A DNA stretch of 64,000 bases, from contig OZ024742.1 in assembly GCA_964016885.1 (NCBI GenBank), positions 23,498,001 through 23,562,000 of the forward strand, given 5' to 3'. The position numbers and the translations under genes were made by a program. Shown here one piece after another: positions 1 to 16,445 of the stretch (position 1 is its first letter; the number at the start of each line of letters is the position of its first letter). Below the pieces are notes generated by a model, which worked only from the letters and a program-made list of their open reading frames with translations, did no database searches and was not told where the DNA came from. Source of the stretch: Eledone cirrhosa. Its lineage: Eukaryota.

Positions 1-162
1 AATATTTATGCTCAATTACACACCTGCGTCTACTAACCTCTGTTTTTTTCCTTGAGGTTTGAAGGTTTTTGCACCTGTGATGCGCGGGAAGTAACTTTTA
101 CACATTTTAACAACAGAGCAAAGGTCGACTTACACCTGGGCAACGCCGGGTACTTCTGTTAG
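1..162 (+). mobile_element. 3' end of a non-autonomous Helitron-like element
   Basis: Subterminal hairpin CCTGGGCAACGCCGGG followed by TACTTCTGTTAG|T (CTAG-like end before T). Same terminal motif as the element at 38072-39026. Confidence 0.6.
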
Positions 163-331
163 TTTCTTATAAGCGAAATATACTCAATCGTAATCCGCGT
201 TTTGTTTTCATTTTTGTTGATATGGATCTATCTCTCGCTCTCGCTCTCTCTCTATCTCTCTCTCTACACACACATATATATATATATACACACACACACA
301 TACACACACACACACACATATATATATATAT

Positions 332-600
332 TTAATGTACGTATGAATATGGACGCTTAAAAAAATGTATCGTTCGAGTGAAGTTATGAAATACATATAA
401 ATTTAAGTCTAACTGAACAAAAAAGAAAAACGAACCCAAACATATACATGTATGTGTTCAAATCGTAATGGATCAGAATCGCTAAGGTGAAAAAATACTG
501 TAGTTAGTATTTTTTTCACCTTAGCGATTCTGTTCCATTACAATTTGAACACATACATGATTATATCTGTGTTCGTTTTTCTTTTTTGTTCAGTTATACT
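332..600. mobile_element. Fold-back element with one-sided tail, Penelope-like layout
   Basis: Imperfect inverted repeat 406-499 / 506-600, with unique extension 332-405 abutting (TA)n. No hammerhead core seen. Confidence 0.55.
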
Positions 601-1599
601 ATACGGCCTGTAAACGCCTTTTTCCTAGAGCTAATTTTACTGTAATGAGACTATTTTGAGTTTCTAACTCAATACAGGCCTTTGATATAAATTTAAGTCT
701 ATAAAACTGGAGAAGAAAAAAGTCACTTTTCTCCAGCTGAGAGGAAAATATTGAAATTATTACAAAACAAACACTATACAAACTTTAAACATAGTTATCA
801 TTATCGTAGTTTACTTCAGCCATTGAGCTGACGGTCATGCTGAAATAACGCCTCCAATGTTGCATTAGTAATTCCCTTCTAGAACTCAAGCCAGTTGTTG
901 TTATTTTTATTTGTGTGTGTATGTGTGCTATTGTGTGTGTGTGTGTGTTTCCTGTTCTATCCACACCATCTTTGCGTTTAAATTTCCCACACTGTCCTCT
1001 ATGTTGTGGTTCCAAAAGATAAATACACACAAAACTTAATTCTAATGTACAGACATATATGGATATAAGAAATATAATAAGGCGAGAGGTAAGTATATTT
1101 TCCATGGACTTAGAAAATATCCGTTCCTCCCACCTCAAGATATTTTTTATATCCTTATTATATCAAATTTAGCTCTTTTGCTTTTGTTTGTAAAATTTGT
1201 TTTCGTTCTTCACAAAGAATGTTTACCTAAGTATGTTCATTCAGCATTAATATAAAAACTGTAATAGATAAGCTGACACTGTAAAATTTATGTATGTATG
1301 AATGCATATATAAATGTATGCATGTATGTGTGTGGATGTATGTATGTATATATGTATGAATGCACATATATATGTATTTGTTTATGTGTGTATGTATGTG
1401 ACGATGTATGTATGTGAGTATGTATATATGTACGCTTTTGTGTGTGTATGTATTTAAATATGTGTGTGCGTATGTAATTCTCTATGTGTGTTTGTGTACA
1501 GATATAGATGTTATTGTATATATAATAGAAGTTATATGTATACACATGCATGCTTCTGTATCTATACATATGTAAATGCTAAATTTCTAAAATATTTTA

Positions 1600-3300
1600 T
1601 GTATATTTACTGTTCCAGTATGGACTGTACTTGGAGCCTCTGAATGTCTCAAGTCTCATGTCTCTCTGGTTCCGTGAAGACCAGCTTCTCAAGATTTCTA
1701 CTGAAGCAGTTAGTACCATATCCAAGAGTCCCAATCAGCATGGATACAATCGAACGGTATAGTTAGAGTGGAGTATCTGCAGATTCCCCATTAGTTCAGC
1801 ATACAATGTATCCTTTTCGCTAATATTTAGAATTATATCGACATCTGATGGATAGCTGATCTCCACTACTGTGCATGAATTATTTTCTCCCTCTCTAATC
1901 TCTATGCCTGGTATATGTTTACATTTTATTTTGGTTTTGACTGGAATATTCCACCAGTACTCCTTCATATTATATATGGATATACCCCCTACATCATTGT
2001 AACGTTTTATATTTATATTTTCAGGACTATCCTTTCTACGTATATCCATTGTATTGTGTTTTAACCACTACAACCTGCCCCTTAGGTAAATAATTGTTTC
2101 CACTTTTGGCACAAGGTCAGCAATTGCCTAGTGTATTACTGGTACTTTATTTTATCGATCCCTTAAGGATGAAAGGCAAAGTTAACCTCGGCTGGATTTG
2201 AACTCAAATCATAAAGGGAGGTAATTCTATGCTGCAAAGCATGGCGTCCGACCCTCTACCGATACTGCCAATCCACTGCCCTTAGGTAAATAATTGTTTC
2301 TACTGTTGGCACAAGGCCAGCAATTACGCAGTGCATTATTGGTACTTTCTTTTATCGACCCCGTAAGGATGAAAGGCAAAGGTAAATAATATCGTGAAAA
2401 CACTTTTGGTCAGATGGTGTGGGTGAAATCCCTGATGGTTATTCCTCAGAGTCTACATCTGTTGTCACATCTAGGTATTTAACCTGCATCCCTGTCTCTT
2501 TTGTGCATCACGTAATTCATTGTTAATTCTTGTTCTTGGATTGCTAAAAGCATATCCATCAAATATGGTGGTTGTTTGTCAAAGATAGACTACTTTGGTT
2601 ATCTGCATTACTCTTACTTTGAAGTTTTGTAACAACATCTCCATGCATGGATGTTCGCTGATAACCATACAGCTTTTTATCTGCTGATTTATTTGTGTAT
2701 TGCTGTGAAATTTCCCTGGCATCATTCGAGGAGAATTTCTCGTAATATTAACTACTAGATGTAGGAAAACCTATTCTAAGAACATGTTTATACACTTGGT
2801 GGTTAATAGATGCTGTAGTAATAGGATGGGACATTCAAACCCTGTTTGAAGTGATGTTAGACCACTGCCTCCCAGTTGACATTTTGGGTATAGGTGTTCT
2901 ATGCCACTGTTGATATGGAATTTCCGTTGACGTTTAGAAATTTTCCGGTTTTAACCATTATTGGTTCGGATTTCATCCAGCGTCCAGTCAAGTTATCCAA
3001 GTGTTAGTATGAGTACGGTTACAGGAAAGATAATGTGGGCAATAAATTACAAAGATCATTTTTACTCTGTTTACTTATTTGTTGTTGCAAATTTCATCAA
3101 AATCTATGGTCACCTTCCATTTAGTATTTGTACATACATCGTCAGATACTCGTAAAGCACTCAGGCCATTGACGGGGAATATCTGGGGGAAGGAAACTGG
3201 AAGAAGGTCATTGTGCACAATAGTTATCTACAAAGGCACTTTATCTTTTCATATGCAAAGGTGTCCCCTATGCGTGTTTTGTGAGCAGTATGTAGCCGTA
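1600..3300 (-). pseudogene. Degenerate R4/Dong-like (RLE) non-LTR retrotransposon, 3' part
   Basis: ORF 1735-2049 (YWWNIPVKT...VVEISYPSD...YAELMGNL) resembles an RLE domain. Upstream minus-strand pieces read FAIQEQEL, CRL and GGSGL as in R4-type C-termini. Broken by stops and SINEs. Confidence 0.65.
2095..2380 (-). mobile_element. Two tRNA-derived SINE family A copies at one site (full 2095-2278, truncated 2295-2380)
   Basis: A box TGGCAGTATCGG and B box GTTCAAATCC on the minus strand. TSD CCCTTAGGTAAATAAT at 2079-2094 and 2279-2294; GGTAAATAAT again at 2381-2390. Confidence 0.9.
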
Positions 3301-3499
3301 TAATATTTTCACGTAGTCACCGTGTTGCTATACACAACTATACTGATTATAAACTATATTACATAATCAATAAATTACTTATGTACATACTGATAAGCAT
3401 ATATATTTCATCATTATTCAGTCTCTAAATATTATTTTTACAGAATGTTTTTATTTTATAAAAACATGTAGAGTATGATTAATATATATTTAAACGTCA

Positions 3500-4990
3500 A
3501 AAGAAAAAAACACGGAGAAAACGAATCGATAATTAGAAGAATGAAAATTAGAACATTATACCAGCTTCGGAATGGGTACGGCAAAAGTACATTACAAATG
3601 ATATAAGTATAAATTGTGTAAACATACAGAAAAAGAAAGCAGCATAGGAAAGGTCTACATCGAAATCAAAATTTCCGAGCCACATTCTTATAAACCATTT
3701 ACGGGTAGAAATTTATAAGATAAACTTGTATCATATGATTCCAGAGGCGCCAATAAATTCAGAACAAATAGCATAAATATGTAATAATTGTTTCTACTTT
3801 TGACACAAGGCCAGCAATTACCCAGTACATTACTGGTACTTTATTTTATCGACCCCGTAAGGATGAAAGGCAAAGTAAACCTCAGCGGGATTTGAGCTCA
3901 GACCGTAAAGAGACGTAACTATGCTGTAAAGCATGGTGTCCGAATCTCTACCGATACTGCCAATCCACCGCATAAATATGTAATAATAGCAAGAATATAG
4001 TAGAGCAAAGCTCTAAAATAATTACGTAAGGACAGGTTTGTGATACGCCATAAATGCATGAGAAATGTCTTTATAAAATAAATATCATAACTTAAATACC
4101 TTGACAAATGCACGATGTATTCCGAGGCAATGATGGTTGGCTTTAGAATGTAATAAATTTGTACTTTCATATGGCATGGTAAAATTGTAATAAGAGAGCT
4201 ACAAAAACATACGTAGATATTAGCTAAATTATTTGTAAAGCTTTCTTATTTTGAAAATGATATTTAATTCTGAGGAAAGCGTCCTATTCTGAAGGAAAAT
4301 GCCCAAAGGAATCAAGAATTGAAAAACATTTAGATGGATTCAAAACATTTAAATATGGAATCACATTATTATTATACACTACATGAGTTGATTGTGTAAT
4401 AAAACCAAAAGTTCTTAATCCATGTGTAAAGAGAGGATAGAAGAACAATTCTCTCCCAGTTAATTGATGTGCAAATAAAAAGAAAATATGGATGTCTGCA
4501 GCAATACACGAAACCTAGTTTAATGAAATCTTTTTTTCCGGAATCTGAATCGTCCACAATAGAATACAATATTGAATACAAAATTCTATTACTAAATGAT
4601 AATGCTCCTTTACAAACTTGTAATTGGCAAAACTATAGCGTTAAAGTTTTGTCATTACCGCCAAATATAATATCAATTCTTAAATCATTAGATGAAGACA
4701 TAATTTATAATTTAAGGCAAATTAAGTTGAACTAGCTTTTTAAAATATTGCATGAAAACATACTTAAATTCATGCTGCAAGGCAATATTTAATGGCGTCT
4801 TTCTGAATGGTAGAGATATTTTAATATTATAAAACATACAAATTCACACATAATAAATATCAACTATGCAAAATTTGTGAAAGAAATCGTAGAATTATTC
4901 ACAGAACCTGAGTTGAATGAAGATGATATAGTTGTTACAACCACCATAATTCTACAGGACAAAGGGGAATATAATTTTGACGAACAAGGT
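3500..4990 (+). pseudogene. Degenerate pogo/Tigger DDE transposase relic
   Basis: Fragments read F..N.GWL (~4120), FN.EE..LF*RKMP (~4263) and ILLLNDNAP...LPPNIISILKSLDEDII (ORF 4469-4735), matching pogo DDE motifs. Confidence 0.7.
3789..3969 (-). mobile_element. SINE family A
   Basis: Near-identical to the other family A copies; TSD GCATAAATATGTAATAAT at 3771-3788 and 3970-3987. Confidence 0.9.
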
Positions 4991-5525
4991 TCGTAAATTA
5001 TAGAGGGAAAATCGACTGCAGTACTAGAGTGGTAATTGTTTTATAGACCACAAAAAATGAAAAACAAGGTTGACCTCACTGAGATTTGAACTCAGAGAAC
5101 AGGAACGAATACCGCAAAGCATTCTAGCGACTCTACCACTTCACCGCCTATAAGAGAGGTAGTATCGGATTTCAAAGATAAATAAGGCAATGTAGTGGTA
5201 CGGGTATTTGCATAAAGAATTGAAGAATTTTACACAGACTAACTGTAAAGATTTCACGGAACGTCCTTTATACGAAATACTAAGAAAATCAAGAAATATC
5301 ATTGAAAAATGTTTTTCACTTAATGAAAATCAAGAGAACTGTTTTAATATATGCAGATGAGATATATCTCTACCTTTAGAATGGCATTGGTCGTACTAAT
5401 GGCATATTCATCATTTGGTAAGGAAGGGCAAAACATCCTCGATACATATCATCAAACTTGAATATAGTCGTGTGTTTTCAATATAACATCTTCAAAGGAA
5501 TGACAACCTGTCCGAAACTTAAAAG

Positions 5526-5564
<39 letters not shown>

Positions 5565-5604
5565 ACACCCCCACATATATACATATATATATATATACTG
5601 TATA

Positions 5605-5928
5605 TATAGTAATACAAGGAGTATTTGTTAAGCCTTCATTACGTTTATTGATTGGTGACGCGCGTTTCGCTATTGATCAGCTCAAGGTTCGATCTGTATC
5701 GATCTGGCCTGATTCTGGAATCAAAGGCCAGATCGATACAGATCGAATCTTGAGCTGATCAATAGCAAAACGCGCGTCAACAATCAATATACGTAATGAA
5801 GGCTTAACAAATCGTCCTTGTATTATTATAATTACACTCATTTTAGTTCTAAACCTCGTTATAGACGTGAATCTAAACATCAAGTGTTCACTCGGTTGAA
5901 CCTAGAGTAACTTCACGTTACACACCCC
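5605..5928 (+). mobile_element. (TA)n-flanked fold-back element with the 3' half of a hammerhead and a tail
   Basis: Arms 5605-5710 / 5725-5830, tail 5831-5928. The left arm read on the minus strand is TGA-GCT(gatcaat)AGC-GAAA-CGCGCG-TC; the right arm has AAAA for GAAA. Confidence 0.7.
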
Positions 5929-6004
<76 letters not shown>

Positions 6005-6210
6005 TGGAAAATGTGTGAGATCCTTGGTAGAGTTAGGTATATTTGAAAACAAGGAAAATAATTACTTCACTTGTAATGTGAAAACATCTTTAAATTTCTT
6101 CCCACCAAAGTTAACAAAGAACTTATTGGATCTGCCAACTCATAATATTATAAAATTAAATCCCAAAACTTTTTTAACATTACAAGAGAAGTCATTCTTT
6201 TCCTTTCTTT

Positions 6211-6253
<43 letters not shown>

Positions 6254-6256
<3 letters not shown>

Positions 6257-6884
6257 AATTAATATATGATAAAAACTTACGTGTTTTTGTTGCAATTGAC
6301 AATAAAATAGCTAGAATGAAATATCTTAATTCAAATACATATAGTCTACCTGTGTCGATCTAAAAAATAATAAATCAATACTCACAAACACATATGGGCA
6401 AAAGGCCTTGGTACCTAGACACGTTTAAATTTCAAAATACAAACTTTTTCCGCAGATCAGTCCGAACTTCAAAATTTAAACATGCTTCACAAAGGATGGT
6501 ATAATAGTGAAATAATTAATTAATTAGTGGTGAGATAATTAATTTTCTGTGTTTATCAATATGTACCCAGACAAATTAAGTAACTTCACCTCGGAAAAAT
6601 ATCTAAGGTCTGGTTAACGTAGCGAAAATACACGAGGTTTTGAACACGACTTATTCCAGTCCTCTAGCCTCCCACACTCATAGTGCTAGAAATAACAGCC
6701 GTTTATATGGGATTACAAATTCAGCTCAACTGAGGGAGCAGTAATATAATATAACTTAGAGTTTACACTCAATGGGGTCATTTACAATTATTTTAGCTCT
6801 AAGAATCACTTCTGAGCAGTATAAATTAATATATGATAAACACTTACGTGTTTTTGTTGCAATTGACAATAAAATAGCTAGAAT
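6254..6884. mobile_element. (TA)n-flanked 567-bp unit with 64-bp terminal direct repeat
   Basis: 6254-6317 is repeated at 6821-6884 with one mismatch; TA-rich microsatellite lies directly outside both copies. Confidence 0.65.
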
Positions 6885-6967
6885 ATATATACACATGTAT
6901 GTATGTATATAAATGTATGTATGTATATAAATAAAACTATGTTTATATACATACATACATACATACA

Positions 6968-6999
<32 letters not shown>

Positions 7000-7004
7000 G
7001 ACAT

Positions 7005-7380
7005 AGTTTTGTTTATGCAAAAGTCTCCATAGGGGAATAGAAGTTAAACTAACTGACACATGGACGCACCGTGCTGTTTCGATAATGATACGGTCCGTAA
7101 GTGATGAATATTACTTTTTACTCCCAAAGAACGTCTCTGATGACGAAACTTTCTTCTAATACTGGTTGTCTTAATTTATTAAGATAATATTGTTTCTTAA
7201 TTCCAGAAACTGCTGTTAGGTATACGATACGAACGAAACTCTCTTGTATTAGTTTGGCTTTGATATGCCTCTGGAGATTTTCGCATAAGTTAAAGTATTT
7301 TCATATGCGGCTCTGATTTAGTTAAGCTCAGCTATCTTTCCATAGAAACGTCCCGTGTATTAGTAACAAAACACTTATAC
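7005..7380 (+). mobile_element. Old fold-back element with degenerate type I hammerhead
   Basis: Diverged arms ~7012-7052 / ~7249-7288 plus tail. CTGATGA at 7137-7143 and GAAACTGCTGTT from 7206. Confidence 0.5.
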
Positions 7381-7465
7381 ACATATTTTCTTTTACTTTT
7401 TTTATATATATATATATATATATACATAATTATATGTATATGCATCGTGTGAATGTAAGCACACA

Positions 7466-7500
<35 letters not shown>

Positions 7501-8169
7501 TTATTGACAATTCTATGTTCAAATAATAGCGTTGTCAGAGTTACCTTTGTTTATTGTTTATACTGTGACGAAATAACACATAGATATTTAGATGTTTTAA
7601 TATATGCGGCATTGCTTTAATGTAAAACATCTAATTCAAAGAATCTATAGTGCTTCATACAAAGTTTAACACCTTTATTATCAACTGAGCCAATAAGGGT
7701 TTCATACATTGGTCATAAATACACTGACTTACTGATAACGGAACGCGAACACATAATCTCTCGCTCAGAAGTGACATACTATACCGAACAAACGACAAGC
7801 GTCATTGATATCTCTCCGCCTTTCATAGCTTTAAGGTGTTAATCTAGATTAGAACATATAAGAACGATATACCTTCATTATGATGTACATAAATGTGATA
7901 GATTCATTGAAGTGTGTCGATACAGAGCTGATAGGTTCAATAGAAAAGATGAAAGAGATGAAACATTGATATAGATCAGTAATAAATGGAAATAATATTT
8001 AAATGTTTCCACTACATCTACAATTGGCGTTAGCGGTTTTATAATCGAACTATCATTATGGAAGTGTATAGAAAGGGGTTAAAACAATAATTTTGAATCT
8101 ATTAGTATGCTAGATTCGGGAGATTTGCTATTTAGCTACGTCTACTTACATCCTGAATTCAAATAAATA

Positions 8170-8480
8170 CGGATCTCCGTCGGACTTGACGTTGAATGTT
8201 CCAGTTTTTCAATCAACGGAACGGATTGCTTGTGAAATTATAGTGTACGCGTTTGAACATTCTCACATACGTGTGTCTTTAACTTAATTCTCGGGAAGAT
8301 TCAAGCAGATACAGTGTGTGGCAAGACTAGGCTTTTGAATAACAGATATAGTCGGTCTCGTATTATAGTGTAATAAGCTGATAATTCCACAGACACGGGT
8401 ACCCTTAACGGAATTCTCAGAGCGGTCCTGTGTGTCTCAGTGTGGGTAACAAAACTGAAACTTTGAATAACAGATACAGC
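8170..8480 (-). mobile_element. SINE family C fragments (two partial copies)
   Basis: Reverse-complement similarity to the 3' half of the copy at 61390-61700. Confidence 0.6.
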
Positions 8481-9278
8481 TTCCCACTGCAGGGAGGCCG
8501 GGATAAATGCCTCCTTTATCCCCCTATTAAATCGGGCCCTATCACAGGGAGCCGCAATGGAAGTAAACCATGAATTAATACAACATATTTTAGAACCTCA
8601 CTCATACATATCCGCCGAAATGACCGATTGGTATCTGTGTGTGAATTCTAATTAAACATAAAACTGGTATAACAATTATATATATGATAGCTTTGAAAGA
8701 CTTTGAATTTTATACAAGACCTAAAATGGTATGAGGATGTGGCGAGGGCGGCGGGGCAAATAGTAATTAACTGGGTTAGTAAGAAGAAAAGAAAGAGGAT
8801 ATGGTTAGATAAAAACGATAGAGGATATATTGCCTTTGAAGAATAGTTTGCAATCATTTAAGTTTAGCCGAACTGAGAAACAATTATCGATTTCATTTGC
8901 GAAATAGAGTTGAAAATGATTAGATAAAAACTACAAAGAAACACATAGGACATATAGAGGCATGGTGGAAGATAGAGAGGGTGAGAGAGAAAAGAGCGGG
9001 AAGGAGAAAAAACAATCAGAATCATTTAAGGACGAAATAACGTCTCTGGTTTCATGAATTGCCAGAAGGTAGAATACTGAGATGTACATCAGTTCAGTGT
9101 TTAGTCAATTGAGCCATTGAGAAACATTGCTAAATTAACAGTCCGACTGAACAGCGTCTAAATAAACGACTTGCTACCATTTTGTATTAATAGACAAAAA
9201 ACAATTAAATATATTTTCAAAATTATTTCTCTATGTACCTACCACTCGGATATAAATATACATATGTATATATATAAT

Positions 9279-9597
9279 TATGTAATAAACAATATAAGAC
9301 AATTATTCCATTTACCAGAGGTTTCACGAAGACAGACGAGCTCAACAGAGACGTCTGAAATCGTTCATCAGTATGAAAATTTAATATGGAGGTAAGATAT
9401 GAATTTAAAAACAAAGGCTATTACAATTGAAAGCGAGGCTGGAATATAATAAAATAAAGATAAGAAATAAAATAAAATAAAATGAAACCTCTGGTAAATG
9501 CAATAATTGTCTCATGTTCTTTATTACATATTTAAATAGCTCTGTAGCATACATAGAGCACTCTTCTTTCATTTACCCTTCCTACGGAAATACTTCA
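9279..9597. mobile_element. Hammerhead-bearing fold-back element, family shared with 54802-55610 and 37785-38056
   Basis: Arms 9279-9326 / 9483-9530. Tail ...AGCTCTGTAGCATACATAGAGC...ACGGAAATACTTCA is followed by (TA)/(TG)n. Confidence 0.8.
9306..9378 (-). ncRNA. Type I hammerhead ribozyme motif
   Basis: Minus strand: tttcata CTGATGA acga..cagacg/cgtctg..tcgt GAAA CC-TCT-GG TA aatggaa. Core complete; first pair of stem I mismatched. Confidence 0.75.
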
Positions 9598-9601
9598 TAT
9601 A

Positions 9602-9704
<103 letters not shown>

Positions 9705-10200
9705 AAAAGAAAAGAAAATAACAAAAACCGAATGGTACAATATATGGAAGTAATATATTAGTTTAACACTTGAAATAGAAGGAAACGGGCTTAAGAAGAA
9801 AGATTGACGATACGATCAGGGCAGAATCGGAGAAAAGTATTTTTAGAGACAAATAACAGGTCCATTCCTGTTGCCATCTCTTGAAAAACTGTTGATACTG
9901 TCGTTTTTTGTAATATATATATATATATATATACAGTTCAAGAGTAAACCAATCTTAAAGAGAGAGATGGAGATAGGAGAGGAAAAATTGGTGAATTAGT
10001 TAGAAGCCAAAAGCGTAAAGGCATGTGCTCAATGTGCAATATGCAGTGGAAGGCAGCTAGATGGCTGGGTTCATGCAGAGGTTAGGTGCACAGAGCTGGA
10101 AATATTCATTAGTTAAGCAAAACCAGACCACAAACTTCACAAGGAAGACATTATTTAAAGATTGTCAACATAGTTGTAGTTTAATGTAAGGAACGTAAGG

Positions 10201-13852
<3,652 letters not shown>

Positions 13853-14021
13853 TAAAGAAAATCGGCCCCTTCACGCTTTTTGGAACGCTTCAAAAGGCAT
13901 GCTTGCTTGGATCAGCAAGAACCCTCCGATACGTCCTGAATATCTGAGGCTGCAGGTAGTGGCTTGATATTCATTCCAACGGACTTTCCAGTTAACCAAC
14001 ATCAATGACTGAGATTCAAGG
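13853..14021 (+). mobile_element. Second, 5'-truncated copy of the same R4/Dong element
   Basis: Matches 13647-13815 with three substitutions and has its own (AAC)/(TAA) tail. Confidence 0.9.
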
Positions 14022-14061
14022 AATAACAACAACAATAATAATAATAATAATAATAATGTCC

Positions 14062-14180
14062 GTTTACAATTGTTTCGCTACTCCATATAATGTTTCTGGA
14101 TCAAATGATTATAGATTATTATTAATCTGGTTCAGATGAAGATAATTAACTTAGGTAAAAATGGAGCAGTTCATCGGAAC
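14062..14180 (-). ncRNA. Degenerate type I hammerhead in a Penelope-like relic (about 9934-10201 plus 14058-14367) split by the R4 element
   Basis: Minus strand: gtt CCGATGA actgctccat..atggagtagc GAAA CAATTG TA aac. 9-bp stem II, palindromic stem III ACAATTGT, core substitution U4C. Confidence 0.65.
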
Positions 14181-14403
14181 TTCAAAAGAGATAATGAAAT
14201 ATTGATAAAAGTACGATGGAATAAGGAATATAAAGTAAGGTAAAGACAATTGGTTACATGAGTGTAATGTTCCATATATTGGTATTTCACTATGGTGTCC
14301 TGGGTCTATCTATTGTCTGCTATAGGCGAGCAATATTCTTCTGTCGAGGCTGCATTATGCGAGATCAGAGGCCGGACTGGTGTAAATCATTGAAAGGTTT
14401 ATT

Positions 14404-14461
14404 ATACTATGATCATTTCAATGACCGGGTTCCATATGAATCCAGTGATATCATCAGGTAT
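14404..14461 (-). ncRNA. Type I hammerhead ribozyme (left arm)
   Basis: Exact reverse complement of 17622-17679. Confidence 0.8.
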
Positions 14462-16254
14462 TGGAATATAATAAAGGAATATGTAAAATACCATGGGTCC
14501 GAAAAATCAGAGATAGAGACAAAGAGGACGACTGACCAACTAGCTGCCTTTATCTCGGCCAGTCGCCCTCAAAGTGGTGGCAACTGAATCTGCTAATGAC
14601 CATCTGGTGAGGGGGAGAAGGCTTATAATGCACTACCATCTTTAAGTCAAAGAAAAAGGGGAAGAAATAAATATGGGATTAAAGAAGAAAAAAGGAAGAA
14701 AGAAGTCAACGTAAGGGTCACACTACATTCATGCTAGAAAATGCCGCGAAAAAAATGCTACTCCAAAGAATCTATAATGGGTGTCTCTATGGTCTAAGGT
14801 GTGAACCGAAGATTGGAACGTTAAACTTATATTGCGAGTTATAGGATGAAATTAAATTAAATTACAAATATTAAATTGCAAAATGATAAAGTAAAAAATA
14901 AATTATTAGAAAATTAATTGTTAAGGTAGCGAGATTTATTTAATGAACTTACGGAGAGAGTCTTATATGAACAAAATTATCTCGATAAGATATTAGGATG
15001 GGATATAGAGTAAAGATTACGATTGCGAGCTCCAGCCAGCACCCCCCTCCCCCCACACACACACACCATGAGGCAGCCAGTCTCGAGTGGTATCGTCCAG
15101 CGAAAGAAATGGAAATTAATTTTTCCGAGTACTCTAGGAACGTAGCTACGTTAGGCCATGGGAGCGCTAGTGGGAACTCCACAATTTCCACAGGCCATCG
15201 TCTATACCAAACGAGTATTATTAAATCACACATGAGGGGTTTATTTCCGTGCCAGTAGAGGCATGATGGATCAGCTAATAGTTATGCCTAAACCTGGAGT
15301 GTGTAGGTACAAGTATAATATGGTGGCCAAAACAGGCGGCGCAGTGGGACCGGGGCAAAGCAACCTGCTCCGAGTAATTACGTTGACCGAAAGAGGAGAA
15401 ATTTATTTTTCCGAGCACTCAAGGAAGGTTGAACTTTACGAGTGCCCAGCGCGCAGCCGGGAAAAGCCACCACATAAGTCGAAGGTAGCAACCCATTGAA
15501 AAGTGCAGATATACCATAATTATTTTAAAGTCCCAGTTAGTCCGGGTTATAAGTAGTGTGGTTCTTAGGTGGGTAGGGGGCTATGAAAGGTGCATAATGA
15601 CATGAGTAAGGAAAGTTACAAAAAAATAATAAAAACAGGATACAAAGATAAAATACAAATATAAAGATAGAATACATTGATAAAAATACATTAATAAAAT
15701 AATAAAAAAATGAATAAAGGTAAATAACTAGGGATGTAGAAAGACGGAAGTATATAAGAACGTATCGGAGGAATCACAGTGTAGGGGAAATACAATATAG
15801 ATCAAGTTGTAGTAAGATAATACAGGTTGTACATATAGATATAGAGGATGGAGGAGATGGAATGGTAACAGGTTGTACCTAGTGTAAAGTTCGGGTCTCC
15901 GAATTCAGTGCGAGTCACAAAAAGTCCTGAGGTATAGAGTAGAGAATTCAGTCAATACAATACATGTTTTAGTATAATACGTAGAGTTTTGTCGGAATCG
16001 GAATCATCCCGACAGGGAAGTAGTATCAGGTGGTGGTAGATAAAGCACAGAGCAGCCAAAATCCGAATGGTAAGCAGATCAGTTAATCCCATGCTGGCAA
16101 TAGCTGTACACTGAAGTCAGTGCCGCTGTTCAATATTACATTTTGAAGTGCTCAACACTTTTTATTATTTTATTAATGTATTTTTATCAATGCATTCTAT
16201 CTTTATATTTGCATTTTATCTTTGGATCCTGCTTTTATTATTTTTTTTGTAACT

Positions 16255-16445
16255 ATAAGGGTGGTGGATTGGCAGTATCGGTAGAGAGTCGGACGGCATG
16301 CTTTGACGCATAGAGTTACGACCCTTGCCATTCTGAGTTCAAATCCCGCCGAGGTTAACTTTGCCTTTCATCCTTACGGGGTCGATAAAATAAAGTACCA
16401 GTAATGTACTGGGTAATTGCTGGCCTTGTGCCAAAAGTAGAAACA
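16255..16445 (+). mobile_element. SINE family A inserted in the right arm of the fold-back
   Basis: TSD ATTATTTTTTTTGTAACT at 16237-16254 and 16446-16463; the left arm shows the empty site. Confidence 0.92.

Noticed and set aside
16265-16350. tRNA gene suggested by A and B boxes
   Set aside because: It is the head of a multi-copy SINE with TSDs; no cloverleaf seen.
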